Positions 40,873-55,156 of a stretch of DNA of 64,000 bases are shown here, piece after piece. This stretch comes from Eledone cirrhosa (taxonomy: Eukaryota): NCBI GenBank assembly GCA_964016885.1, contig OZ024740.1, forward strand, positions 129,828,001-129,892,000, written 5' to 3'. The translations under genes and the position numbers were made by a program. How positions within the stretch are numbered: position 1 is the stretch's first letter; every line of letters starts with the position of its first letter. The notes under the pieces are model-generated. The model saw nothing but the letters and a program-made list of their open reading frames with translations. It was not told where the DNA came from and did no database searches.

Positions 40873-42280
40873 GCTCTCTATTTCACTCTCTTTCTTTCTC
40901 TTTCTTTATCTTTCTCATTATTTCCGCATATTTTAATGACCACCAATAAGGTTCGTGTAGACCTTATCGCACGGAGACCTACAAAGTTGTTACTCATGAA
41001 TGGAATATCTCCACAAAAAAGATGAGTGAAAGCAGGTTAGCTGCCTTCACCATGAGGAAATGATGGAACTTTGATTAACACACATATCCCTTGTACTGGG
41101 AAATAGTAGGTATTACGTATCTTAGGTAATTATTTTCCAATGTGTTCCCATTATCGTTGTGTCTGCTCATCGTGCTTACTTTCACCGGTACTCAAGCGAC
41201 ATACGTATGCTGAGGGAAACGGCTTTTTCTCATACACTTCGAATATGAACACAGCCAGTCTGCATATCCTCTGCTGCAACAATGCCTAGACATTAATACA
41301 TAACCACATTCCTTCTGATTTCTACCATCCTTTATCTACAGACCAATATTGTATCGTGATGTATAGTCATAACTTCGGCACACTTGATAAAGGTACAGTT
41401 GTATTGAATTAATTCCATCTAGCCTAATTAATTCACATATATTGGTGTTGTGTTGATTTTATTAAATTATCAAAGCTTAGTTTGAGTTAAATATACTAAT
41501 GTTGACATTAATAAACACAACGTTGTGTTGTTGTGTTGAAGCCGAGCTTATTGGTGTATTACAATTTTTTTTTTAACACAAAATCTTCTAAAATCGAAAT
41601 ATAATTCATGTGGTTTAACATGCTTATCTATTCTTTTTTGGAATGATTCAGTTTTTCTCTCGTTTCATTACCTAAAAACAGAAACATAAAGCTCACTGAA
41701 ACAAAAAGTAAAAATATAAATAAATAAATATATGAATTCACACCGAATAAGCAAAAACAAAAAGAGAAATGTTTAACGAAAATAAAGATAATTAAATATT
41801 CTTGGATTTCCTTTCCCGGAATAACATTTATATAAAAATGACGTACACGAATCCACGGTCAGAGATACGTTTGTAAAAGAAGCTTTGAAACATTAAACTG
41901 AATTGGTGTTAAGTAAAAATTCAGAAAAACATTACAGTTATAACATTTCAATAAAGAAGGATAATTTGCTAACATTACATTACAAAATGAATGTAAAATT
42001 GTGCATGCTAATGCAATATGTTGTTAGTCATAACATAATAAATAGATTTAAAGCAATTCAGTTACCTTTTGAATTGATTTAACTTGTTTAACTTGACGAT
42101 TGAATTAATAAAGGGCATAAAAAGAATACACCATACCCTTGAAAATTTCGTTTAAGCTCATATGTGGCACCATATACGATTCCCATAGAAACATATGGAA
42201 GACGTTTCACTACATGCACTGAGATGGACAAACATAGACATCACACATAAACAGACACATACATAAACGTACACACACAA

Positions 42281-42328
<48 letters not shown>

Positions 42329-42378
42329 TCTATAAACATTTCACGGAGAAAAATAGAAAGTACACCATATATATATAT

Positions 42379-42498
<120 letters not shown>

Positions 42499-42510
42499 TA
42501 TATTCCTTCG

Positions 42511-42545
<35 letters not shown>

Positions 42546-42812
42546 AAATTGTGAAATTGTGGTAAGAAAAACCAGGTGGACCACGGCGCACCAGAGTACT
42601 CGATACTTAGAGGACTAGAGTGGGTATTAGGAAAATAGTCAGGACCCCGACGGTTTAGCGCTCCGGCCGTTTCGACGGCTATATCAGACCTGATCAGATC
42701 AAGCTGTCGAAACGGCCGGAGAACAGCCCTTGGGGTCATGACTCTTTTCCTATATACATGCATACAGACACACACACACACACACATATGTATATATATA
42801 TATATATATATA

Positions 42813-43662
<850 letters not shown>

Positions 43663-43717
43663 ATTAAAAGAAGGAAGAATAACATGGTCGGCTGTACAAA
43701 AAGGGGTTTATTTACAG

Positions 43718-43824
43718 TATTAACAATTGTTTCATTAATCAGATGATTCTAAAAGCCGCTGGTAGCTATAAATTAGGTAACTCGATCTTAATTACAGTTT
43801 GCCCCTGCACAAATCATCAGAATA
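43718..43824 (-). ncRNA. HHR-like motif with an 80-nt insert in domain II
   Basis: tatt-CTGATGA-80 nt-GAAAC-AATT-GTT-aata. Confidence 0.5.
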
Positions 43825-43897
43825 ATGATGTGTGTATAGCGCAGGGCACTGGTATACATCGATAGATCGGAGAATAACATAAATGAAAACAATAAAA

Positions 43898-44098
43898 TTG
43901 TCATAGGCTCACTAGGTTGGTTTCCAAGGATGGTTAAATAATATTAGTCCAGCCCCGCTTTTTGGAACACTTCAAAAGTCATGCTTGCTGGGAACAGCAA
44001 GAACCCTCCTATACGTCCTGAATATATGAGGCTGCAGGTAGCGGCTTGATATTCATTTCAACAAAGTTTCCAGTTAAATAACATCAATGACTGAGAGT
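43898..44098 (+). mobile_element. Dong/R4-like LINE 3' fragment
   Basis: Matches 54008-54218 (QK.CLLGTARTL + 3'UTR); followed by an (ACT)n/(AAT)n tract. Confidence 0.85.
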
Positions 44099-44126
44099 AT
44101 AATAAACAATACTACAACAACTACTT

Positions 44127-44177
<51 letters not shown>

Positions 44178-44201
44178 ATACTACTACTACTACGCATAAA
44201 C

Positions 44202-44233
<32 letters not shown>

Positions 44234-44234
<1 letters not shown>

Positions 44235-47200
44235 TTTTCTTTATTAACCACAAGGGTTTACATAAAGTAGACATTAAGGACAGTACGGGACAATACAGGA
44301 CGGTACAAATGGGCATTTCTGCGTGTAAAAAAAACAGAGGATGTAATAAAATAACAAAGAAAAATTCCCCAATAGGGGGGAGACTTCCGAGGGACATTTG
44401 TGGAGAAAGCCTATTAAAAGACCACAGTGACCTTGACCACCAGGGCAAGTGCCCTCTCCCAGTTTTCCACCTTTAATTTACAGACACATACTCAGAGTAG
44501 GCCCATTCACTCGGGCCATACTTGCTTCTCTCACCCATCTTTCAACAAAATGCTGGGAAGAGAGCACTTCCCTCTCTACCCTGATTTTCCTTATCAAATG
44601 AACTTTGCAAAAGTTAATCAGGGCATCACCGAAGAGGTAAGTGCTCGTCTTCATCCCTTTCAAACGTGTCCACCATACTATCTCTTTCGCCATGGCCACC
44701 AGACAGATAATATCTTCCTGCCCTTCCAGGCTAAAGGAAGAGGGCGGGGCAATCCTCATGATTGACTCAGCTGAAAGCTGGATCCGTCCTACACGTGACA
44801 GCAGGTGTTCGGCATAAACCCACAAGTCAGCAATGCTCGGACACTGGACGAGTGCGTGCAGGACGGTTTCGTCGCCCTGCCCCCATCTCGGGCATGCCCG
44901 GCTGACGGCACCTCCATGCCTGTAGAGTTTATCCCGAACTGGCAAAGCTCCCCGATAGCACTGCCAGGCCAGGGATTTCTGGAAGTTGTCCATAGGCCCC
45001 GGCACGAAAGTCCTTCCGAAGAGATTGGCTAGTTTATTTTCGTCGATGCCTTGAGTTTCTCCAAGTACGTCGTCGCTCTTCCCCTCCACTAATCCTCTAT
45101 AGAACGCCAAGTTGGAGTTTCCACCGATCACATTGTCCGATTGGTCGAGGTCTGTGAGAGCCTGAAGACATTCCAGTCTCCAAGCGCTCTCTCTCGGTCT
45201 TCGCATGACCCAGGACTGCAGCTCCGTCAAGGAGACGAGCTGGGGAAAGACGTGTCTAGCAAACGGCGACGTCATCTGATCACCGTCGAGGAAGAGGTGG
45301 AGAATTCGTAGCCTAAGCGTGTCTGCGCATCATCAGCCACGGCATGCCCAGCCCTACACGTAGCGGGTGTTGACAGCAGACTGACCGCCTGACCATCGGA
45401 GCGCGTCCCTTCCACAAAAAGCGAAAGAGCAAACGCTCCAGCGCAGTCAGGCGGGGCTTAGGACAAGGTACGACGGTCAGGCGGTAGTAGTTGACGGACG
45501 CGATTTACGCGTTAGCCACCTCCGCTCGACCTTTCAGGGATAGCTTCCTCTCAGCCCATTTCTGGGTGAGAGAAGCCACCCTGCTCGTCACCTCATCCCA
45601 ATTTTTGTCCGTCTGGAGGTCCGGACTGAACCAGACCCCTAGCAATTTAACCGGTCCGTCCGTCCAGCGCCCAACGACGCTGTTGGACGGCATGGACCTT
45701 CCTCTCCAGGTACCGTGCTGCAGGCCCACTGACTTTTCCTGGTTGATCATTGCTCCTGTCACCGCTTCGTATTCTCTTAGTGTAGTGCCGTTGGCGTCTA
45801 TGTGTTTGGCGTCCGACACCACTATGCTGACACGGATCCTAGTTCGCGCGGGACGCCCCTCAACATCTCCAGTTTGTGCAGTAATGGCTCGAGAGTCAAT
45901 ACGTACAAGAGGGACGAGAGGGGACATCCTTGGCTGCTGACCGAGCGCATGATGTTGAACGGTTCCGAAAGGTGACCGTTCACTCTCACCACAGATCAGA
46001 TGTCGCTGTGCATGGCAGCGATCCAGCCTCTGAAGACGGGCCCAACGCCAGCCGCCCCCAGACTGCCGCTAGGTAACGATTGTCGACCCTATCGAAAGCT
46101 TTCGACTGATCTAAATTTATCAAAGACCCACCCGTGCCAGGTTCCCTAGCTACCCTCTCTACGATGTATCGCATACGGTGGAGGTTGTCGTGGATGGTTC
46201 TGTTGGGAATGGCGCATGTCTGCGCCTCTCCCACCAGACCACCAACGACAAGCGCCAACCTCTTTGTTTGCACCCTGATCAAAATCTTGAACTCTGTGTT
46301 TAACAGAATTATGGGCCTAAAATTATCTATGTTATCCCCCTTGTTCGGATCCTTTCTCAGCAGCGCCACAGCTCCTCGGCTCACAGAGCTGGGACTTCGG
46401 TTGCCAGTTGCAGTAGACGTCCGCCAAGTGGCCTCCGAACAAATCTGGCATTTGTACGTAAAGTTCATACGGCAGACCATCCAAACCAGGCGATTTACCT
46501 CCCGTACTTCAGCGGCTGTTATCGGCTTTTCGCAACACTCCGCCTCAGTGGCCGAGAGCCGCGGCAGTCCGTCGAGGTAGACACTAAATTCCATCCCTCG
46601 ATCCGGCCCGCCGCTGCCCCCGAACAATTGAGCGAAGTGTCGTTGAAAAGCTTCACACATTTGCCCGGGATCGAGTAGCATGCGCCCGTCGTGGTCCACC
46701 AAAGACCGGAATGTGGCTTTGTTGCCACGACGCGCCTCCGCCACTCGGGCCCATTGAACGGATTTCGCCCCTCGTGTCTGAGAGCACGCACTCTAGCTCT
46801 GACAACGCAGCCTTCGTGCTTTGCATTGAAGAATTGGTCAAGGGCCAATTTCGCCGCAATTACGTTGGTCGCAATGCCTTTGCAAATCGCCTCGTCTAAT
46901 TTTCTAACTACTTCTCCCTCTGCTCTATTTTTCTCTATTGATAAAGTCTTACTAAACCTAATGGACTCTATTCTAATTGCTCTTTTCAGAGCAAACCACC
47001 ACTTGTTGTTGACGATGGCCACCATCAACGCCCACTTAACTAGTTCGCTAATCCGGCCTCTGTAGGCCTTGCGCGCTGGCAATGACGCGTTTAGCTTCCA
47101 GTAGCCGGGTCCTCGTCTATGAAGCCTATCTAAGTCAAGCACACAGATGACGAATTTGTGGTCCGTGTAGCTTACTATCTTGAATTGTGGACAACCTATG

Positions 47201-49628
47201 CTAGACCTATCAAAATAATCTATCTAGATATGATCTGGATAAAACTATGCGATTTGTCCAGGTCCACATTGGTACATTCGGGAAATCCAATCGGTACCTG
47301 TCAGACAGGTCAAAGCTCCTGAGAAGGTTGGTGAGACTCTTGCACCCTCCTCCCCTATCCACTAAACCAACACAATCCCAGCGTGCATCTAAGATCCCGT
47401 TCCAGTCACGCACTAACACTAAAGAGCAGGACGTTCCAAGAAAGGTCTCCAGACGCCGGAAGAAGTCAGGCCAATCTGCTCCTGTCGGGGCATAGACGGT
47501 CACTAACGTGAAAGCTTGCCCGTCTCCGCTGGTCACGTTCAACACCACAAACTTACCTTCTGGGTCCAGGAAGATGGCCCGTATGGCAAGATCCAAACCT
47601 CTCCGAAAAAACACAGCAACTCCACCCCCGATTCCGGACGGCTGGGAGATGCGTACACATCGTAGCCACCGAAGATCGGTGCGAAGGCCCGTGATTCGGA
47701 GATTCTGGTCTCGCTGATGGCCACTACATCTATGTTTAGTGACCTGAGGTCGTTGAGCAGGTGGCCCTGCTTCCCCGACGACCCCAAGCCACGTGCATTT
47801 ATGCTGCCTATTCTGAGTGAGGTCATGTTGTAATGGAGTGGAAAAGATGGGAAAGACCACTTACCTTACTTATCGTAGGGGAAGGACGATTTTTCCATCC
47901 TTTTCACTGCTTGTGGCCTCCTCAGGAAGGATGTCCTTATAAATCCTCCTGGAGAGTGCTTTTCGGAAGTCTCCGATGTCTTTGGGGAATTTTTGTTTTA
48001 GTGTCATGTACGTTTTCTGTCTGATGCGAGTGATTTGTATGTGTGGAGGTGGTGTGAATTTTTGGGTTGTTGTGTAGTCTTTTTCTGTGATGCTGGTGTT
48101 GTGTTGGATGTAGTGTAATAATTGGTTGTTGTTCAAATTTAATTGTTTCTACTTTAGGCACAAAGCCAGCAACTACCCAGTGTATTACTGGTACTTTATT
48201 TTATCGACCCCGTAAACATGAAAAGCAAAGTCAACCTCGGCGGGATTTGAACTCAGGTTGTTGTTCAAATTTAATTCTGTGTAGTGTGTATCGTTTTGTT
48301 TTTTTTTTTGTTTTGTTTGCGTTTGTTGTGGGTTTGTTTCTTTTTCGCATTTTGGTGACTTTGTGGTGTAGGTGATGGTGGTGTTGGGGTTAATGATGGT
48401 GATGGTGTTGGTGTTTGGGTTGATGGGATTGGTGATGCTGGTTTGGTTGGTGTCATATCTATCCTAACTTTTTTTTCTTAATTTATTTGTTTCCCTCTGT
48501 ATTTGGATCAGGAGCTCCATCCCAGATCCGGACCAGTTCTCCTGCTTTTCTTTTGCTATTGCTATTATCTTGGTGTTGGCTTCGATGCCGGCGAGGACGG
48601 CCGCTATTAGCCAGGGAATTTCGATGGCCGGTGGAACATGGGTCACCCTGATCTTTACGAGTCTCTGGCCACAATAGCTTGGGACGAGTGTGAAGTCGTC
48701 ACTTCTTATTGGGGCCATGGAGTGTTCTCTAGCCTCCTCTGGTGTTTCAAAGAACAAGTCCACGGTTCCATACTTCTGCCCACGTCTGATGTGGGTTTTT
48801 CTTACCCACAGATGTCCCAAAGCTTTTGGGATTTGTGACTCGGATGCCCGTTCCACCCGGCGCGATTTTACATTAATTGTTCGATACGACACAGTGCATA
48901 GGCGCCGATGCTCCATTTTATTAGGTTGGGGGGGGGGGATGACCCTGTAATCATCTCTCTTTACCATTTTTTAAGCATTTTCTAATTCCTCCTGAGTTAC
49001 CGTAAAGGCTTCGCACTGTTTTGCTACTATGGCAAAACTCAGGCTGGTTTTTTTTAATGTCATTGTTGCTGTTGTTGTTATCGTTATTTTTGTTATTATT
49101 AATTTTAGTTTCAGTTGTGGTGGTGGTGACGTCAGTGGTGTTCGGTGTGGAAGAGTCTATTTTGTTTCGTCATCACGAGTTGATTTATTTTTTCCTTTTG
49201 TTTCTATTGTCGCGGTGGTGGTGGTGGTGGCGGCTTTAACACCTGCAGTCATTGGTAATGGCTGAAAATGAATGTCTGCCTGAGACAAATTTAAAATATT
49301 GCTACTGCTTACATTTTTTGTGTTGGCAAACGTAGTAACATTTACAATGGTGGTGTCGGTGTGAGGTGTTAGTTTGTGAGGAAGGCTCTCAGCTGCTTGA
49401 TGCAGAGGTGAATTAGCCATTTTTTTTTCAAATAAAATTTTTGATAATCACAAAGTTTAAATTTTGGGCACAAGGCCCCAATCTGTTTGGGTGTCCTTTT
49501 CGGAAAACAATGTATGTGCGCTTATAAACAGTTAACAAAAAATGTTTCCATAAATGGCAATTTTTAACAAACTGAAATAACAAACATTTGCGGAGCTCAC
49601 GATGATACGATTTACTACGTAGGTCGGC
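44234..49628 (-). mobile_element. Tx1/L1-clade non-LTR retrotransposon, full-length, degraded
   Basis: ORF1 ~49420-47870; ORF2 ~47826-44478 with APE (SINARG, AISETR, DWN, SYLDR), GPGYWKLN, RT (NFRPIILLNTEFKI, LDQSKAFDRV; YADD deleted relative to the second copy) and a zf-RVT-like CPR..ETVLHALVQC. (AAT)n on both sides. Confidence 0.9.
48145..48255 (-). mobile_element. 5'-truncated SINE with ~21-bp TSD inside the Tx1 ORF1 region
   Basis: ggttgttgttcaaatttaatt at 48124-48144 and 48256-48276. Confidence 0.9.
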
Positions 49629-49690
<62 letters not shown>

Positions 49691-50296
49691 GGGAAGAAGA
49701 CGCACGAGGTGACGGAGGTCATGAAATCGCTCCCGTAAGTTTTGAATTTTTAACATATTTAAATCATTTGTGAAATAACAACTCTTAGTACAAATGCTAC
49801 GTAAAGCACCCGGCTTGAGCCCAAAAAAAATTCGGACCCAAAATATATTGTTATAAGGCTCAAATATTCAAATATTCAACTTTGTATTGTACACTGTATA
49901 TCCAAAAAAAAAAAAATGGCTATAAATGGAAGAAGAAGAATCCCCCCCTCCTCTCCTCTGGCTACACTATATAGGACAGCTAAACTCACCAACACCAGAA
50001 ACTAGATACACCACCCACCCCATCATCTGTGTACACTAAACACAACAGCATTTTCACCTTCACCGCCACCGCTCACTACGGCCATCATTACCACCACTAT
50101 CCCATCACCGCCGCCACCACCCCTTGACTCCTTCACTGCTGCTGCCACCGCTACAGCACCATCACTACAGTAATACGGTCGCATCACCGCCACCACTGCC
50201 TCGGTATCGACATCACCACCACCACTGTCTCGGTATCGCCAACGCCGCCAGTCTCTGCTGGCTGCCACTTCCACATTATAGAATTCCTACTACTAA

Positions 50297-53200
50297 CAAA
50301 GAGGAAGGCATCAAAATATATAGATAGACTCAAAAGAAAAAAGAAAAAAACAAACAACAAAACCAAAGCAGCACAGCAACAACAGCAAAAAACGAGAAAA
50401 ACAAACAGAGAAAAACAAAAACAAAAAAAGAAACCCCCAAAACGTAAAGAAAATAAGAATGAAGAGAGAAGCAGGCGGACGGACAGAGAAGAGGGGGGAA
50501 AAAGTAAAACTTAAAAAACAAAAACTAAGTCAGACATTCGAATACTACATTACAATGAAACTTATGCTTATTCATTTTTGGGGCCCTTTCTGCCCGTGTG
50601 TTTGTTTGTTTATGTGTGTTCGTATACAGCGTGGTGATAATGCCACACAAGGGCCAAGTGGGATGGCGGATCCACAGATGGCTATGTAAACATACATTCG
50701 CCAATCCTCGATAAGAGTGTTTAAATATCGAACATAAACAGTTCGAATAACGGTGAAATGGAGACTAGAACGTCATGTGACAGACTCTCACCCAACAGGT
50801 GCCCCCTGGCTCAGCAGCAGGAACCTGACTGTCAACCAAATACTGCTGATGTTGGAGGAAGAAGAAGAAGGAAAGGGGCCAGAACCAACTGGACGAAAGA
50901 ATTGAATAGAACTGTTATGCAATGCTACCTGAAAAGTAACCCCAAGGAGAGGGGCTACAGGAGACGGATGCATAACATCTGGAACGAGATTGGTTTATTT
51001 AAATTAGATGAACAAAAATTGGCCGGGCAGGCTCTGGTAATAAGAACTAATGGGTGGATAAGCGAGCTGGAACTGGAGGAACTGAGCAGAGAGAATGGCT
51101 TGGAGATGACGGGTGTAGTATGCCAGACAAGCGAGCCGGCGGGAAATGAAGGTGAGGAGGTCCTGAGAACGGAGGAACCACCCGAAGCAGACAATGATCT
51201 GAATACTGAGATAAATAATACCTGGAACAGAGATACGGCCACTGAGGAGATGAATGCTGACGGGCTAGGACAAGATTCGGTTGACATCCTAAATTTAGTG
51301 GTAGATTAGTTGAACAATGATAGTGGGAGACCTATGAACCTAAGATTTGTAGACAGGAAAAAGTTAAAAGAAACAACAGCTAAGGTAAACAAAGTCATCC
51401 CATACCTTGAGGCGAGGAGTCTTCACCAGTGCAACAATATCCTCAAAGCAACAGCAAATACGGTGAGGAAACTACTTGGTATAAAAGCGAGAGGAAACAA
51501 CAGACAAGAAAGAGCAGAGCCGTGGTGGAAGAAGCGACTGAGTGGGCAAATCGGGGAAATGAGAAATGACATAGGAAAGCTTGAGTCACTACTGAATGGG
51601 ACACTAAAAAACATAGGCACTAAAAGTAGACTGGAAATAAAATACAAAACTAGGAGTAAAAAGCTAAATATTATCATAGAGGAATTGAAGCAACGCATTG
51701 TAGCAAAGAGTGCCAAAATCAGGCGATACGAGAACAGAGTCAGTCAGTATAAACAGAACCGCATGTTCGACAACAACCAGAAGATGCTGTTTGGACAGCT
51801 TGAGGGGAAAGAAAGAGGCAACGACTTGAACCCTGGGGCGGAACAAGCTAAAACATTCTGGAGAGGAATATGGGAGCAGGATGTTAGACACAATGCCCAG
51901 GCAGGGTGGATTGAGACAGTACAGAGGGAGATCGGTGAGCAGGCACAACAACAGACTGATTTGAGTATCACAGTTGAAACTCTTAAGGGGCAAGCCAAAA
52001 AACTAACCAACTGGAAATCACCAGGCCGAGATGGTGTGCAGGGGTATTGGATTAAACATTTAACATCCCTCCACCCGAAGCTGACGGCCATGTTCAATGA
52101 CTGCTTGGTGTCGGGTGAGGTGCCAGAGTGGTTGACAAAAGGTACCACAGGTCTGATAATGAAAGACCGAATCAAGGGTAATGATGTTACCAACTATAGA
52201 CCTATCACATGTCTGCCCGTAATGTGGAAACTGTTGACGAGCATTGTGTCTGAGGAAATCTACCATCACCTCCACACAAACAACTTGTTACCGGACGAAC
52301 AGAAAGGATGCCGAAAGAAGTCACGTGGTACAAAGGACCAGTTGCTTATTGATAAGATGGTAATGGGGAATTGCAGGAGGAGACACACTGATCTTGCCAT
52401 GGGATGGATAGACTACAGAAAGGCATTTGACATGGTGCCTCATTCCTGGATCACCAAAAGCCTGGAGATCTTCAGGGTGGCAGATAACATCAGACAGTTG
52501 CTGGGCAGGAGTATGGGGTCCTGGGAGACAGAGTTGACATCAACTGGAGTATCCTTGGGAAGCGTGAAGATCAAGAGAGGTATCTTCCAGGGAGTTAGCC
52601 TGTCCCCTCTGTTGTTTGTCCTTGCCCTGATGCCCTTGACCATTATGCTGCGAAAAGTGAGAGCAGGATACAATTTTGGAAGGGGAGAGCTTACCATCAA
52701 TCACCTCCTCTTCATGGACGATCTTAAGCTCTTCGGGAAAAGTGAGAAGGAGTTGGATGTGCTTGTTGACACTGTCCGTATTTTCAGCAGTGATATATGT
52801 ATGCAGTTTGGTATTGGTAAATGTGGAGTCATTGTGATGAAGAGGGGTAGGTTGAGCAGAAGTAACGGGATCCAGATACCAACAGGTGAGATGATAAAGG
52901 AAATTGACTCTGAGGAAGGATACAAGTATTTGGGCGTTCTGGAGGCTGATGGCATAAAGAACAAAAAAATGAAGGAATTGTTAAGAACTGAATACATTCG
53001 GAGAGTAAGGAGCGTATTGAAGTCACATCTGAACAGCAGTAATGCCATAAGCGCAGTAAATTCCCGAGCTGTGTCTATTATTAGGTACAGTGCGGGAATT
53101 CTGAGATGGAATGTTGCTGAACAAAAAGAAATGGATAGGAAGACTAGGAAGCTATTGACTATCTACAACATGTTCCACAAGAGGAGTGATGTCGATAGAC

Positions 53201-54224
53201 TCTACCTAAGGAGATCTGAGGGTGGAAGAGGTCTTATCAGCATAGAGGACTGTGTTCAGATGGAGAAAAACAACCTATACAAATACGTGACCTATAGTAA
53301 GGAGCCAATGCTCAGAGCTGTACTGAAGGAGGGGACAGTAGGCCAGGGGATATCCAAGGAGGAAATAACATCAAGGAGGAAGAGCAGCCTTAAGGGAAAA
53401 TCCCTTCATAGTACCTTCTTTGAGAAAACTGAATTTAGAGATCCACAGACATGGAACTGGTTGAGAAGAGGAGACCTCAAAAAGGCTACAGAAGGAATGC
53501 TAATGGCTGCGCAGGAGCAGGACCTCAAAACGAAGTGGTTGAAGCACCATATCTACAAGGAGGAGGCTAGCCCACTGTGCAGGATCTGTGGAGAGAGAGA
53601 GGAGACTGTGGCTCACATTGTGTCCGAGTGTAAACACCTAGCCCAGACCCACTATAAGGGCTGGAGACACGATGTGATGGGCAGGGTGATCCACTGGCAC
53701 CTGTGCAAAGTAAACAATCTACCACATTCTGAGAAATGGTATGAGCCAAGGCCAGAGGCGGTGATGGAGAACAGTCAGGTGAAGGTGCTATGGGATTTTA
53801 GGATACAGACGGACAAAAAACTGGAACACAATAGACCTGACCTGGTGGTTGTGGACAAAGAAAAAAGATCGTGCCTGATTGTGGATGTGGCCTGTCCGTT
53901 CGACACGAGAGTGCAAGAGAAGGAGAGGGAGAAAATTAACCGATACCAGGACCTAAAGTGGGAGGTGAAAAGGATTTGGAACTGCCATGAAGTCAAAGTG
54001 ATCCCGATTGTCATAGGCGCACTGGGGACTATCTCCAAAGGTTTCCAGGGATGGTTAAAGAAAATCGGCCCCTTCACGCTTTTTGGAACGCTTCAAAAGG
54101 CATGCTTGCTTGGAACAGCAAGAACCCTCCGATACGTCCTGAATATCTGAGGCTGCAGGTAGTGGCTTGATATTCAATCCAACGGACTTTCCAGTTAACC
54201 AACATCAATGACTGAGATTCAAGG
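50297..54224 (+). mobile_element. Dong/R4-like RLE non-LTR retrotransposon, full-length
   Basis: 5'UTR shared with the 55157 copy; single ORF; short 3'UTR followed by (AAT)n. Confidence 0.88.
50758..54150 (+). pseudogene. RT + CCHC + restriction-like endonuclease polyprotein (~1130 codons) with one in-frame TAG at 51307-51309
   Basis: WKSPGRDG, NYRPITCL, WIDYRKAFDMVPH, QGVSLSPLLF, FMDD, YKYLG, CRICG..ETVAHIVSEC, RHD, RPDL, DVACP, EK..RY. The sister copy has GAA(E) at the stop position. Confidence 0.9.
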
Positions 54225-54236
54225 AATAACAATAAC

Positions 54237-54268
<32 letters not shown>

Positions 54269-54270
<2 letters not shown>

Positions 54271-55140
54271 TCCAAGGAGGAAATAACAACAAGTAGAAAG
54301 AGAGCCTTCAGGAAAAATCCCTTTGTAGTACCTTCTTTGAGAAAACTGAATTTTGAGATCCACAGACATGGAACTGGTTGAACAGAGGAGACCTTAAAAA
54401 GGCTACAGAAGGAATGTTAATAGCTGCGCAAGAGCAGGCCCTCAAAACGAAGTGGTTGAAACACCATATTTACAAGGAGGAGGCTAGCCCACTGTGCAGG
54501 ATCTGTGGAGAGTGAGATGAGACTGTGGCTCACATTGTATCCGAGTGTAAACACCTAGTCCAGAATCACTAAAGGGCTGGAGATATGATGTGATGGGCAG
54601 GGTGATCCACTGCCACCTGTGCAAAGTAAACAATTTACCACATTTTGAGAAGTGGTATGAGCATAAGCCAGAGTCGGTGATAGAAAACGATCAGGTGAAG
54701 TTGCTGTGGGATTTTAGGATACATACGGACAAGAAACTGGAACACAATAGACCTGACCTGGTGGTTGAGGACAAAGAAAAAAGATCGTGCCTGATTGTGG
54801 ATGTGGCCTGCCCATTCGACACGAGAGTGCAAGTGAAGGAGAGGGAGAAAACAAAACGATACCAGGACTTAAAGTGGGAGGTAAAAAGGATTTGGAACTG
54901 CCATGAAGTCAAGTAGTCCCCATTGTCATAGGCGCACTAGATACTATCTCAAAAAGTCTCCAGGGATGGTTAAAGAAAATTGGCCCCTTCACAGTTTTTG
55001 GAACGCTTCAAAAGGCATGCTTGCTGGGAACCGCAAGAACCCTCCGTACGTCCTGAATATCTGAGGCTGCAGGTAGTGGCTTGATATTCATTTCAACAAA
55101 CTTTCCAGTTAACTAACATCAATGACCCTAGACACAAAGA
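54269..55140 (+). mobile_element. Dong/R4-like LINE, 5'-truncated
   Basis: Highly similar to 53352-54224; (AAT)n on both sides. Confidence 0.9.
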
Positions 55141-55156
55141 ATAATAATAATTATTA

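Noticed and set aside
40930-41400. Possible host exon or TE coding fragment (higher-complexity island)
   Set aside because: The frames I translated have stops and no recognisable motif; needs BLASTx.
50700-50720. HDV-like ribozyme suggested by a TCCTCG L3-like motif
   Set aside because: Flanks do not form P3/P1 and no J4/2 catalytic C could be placed.
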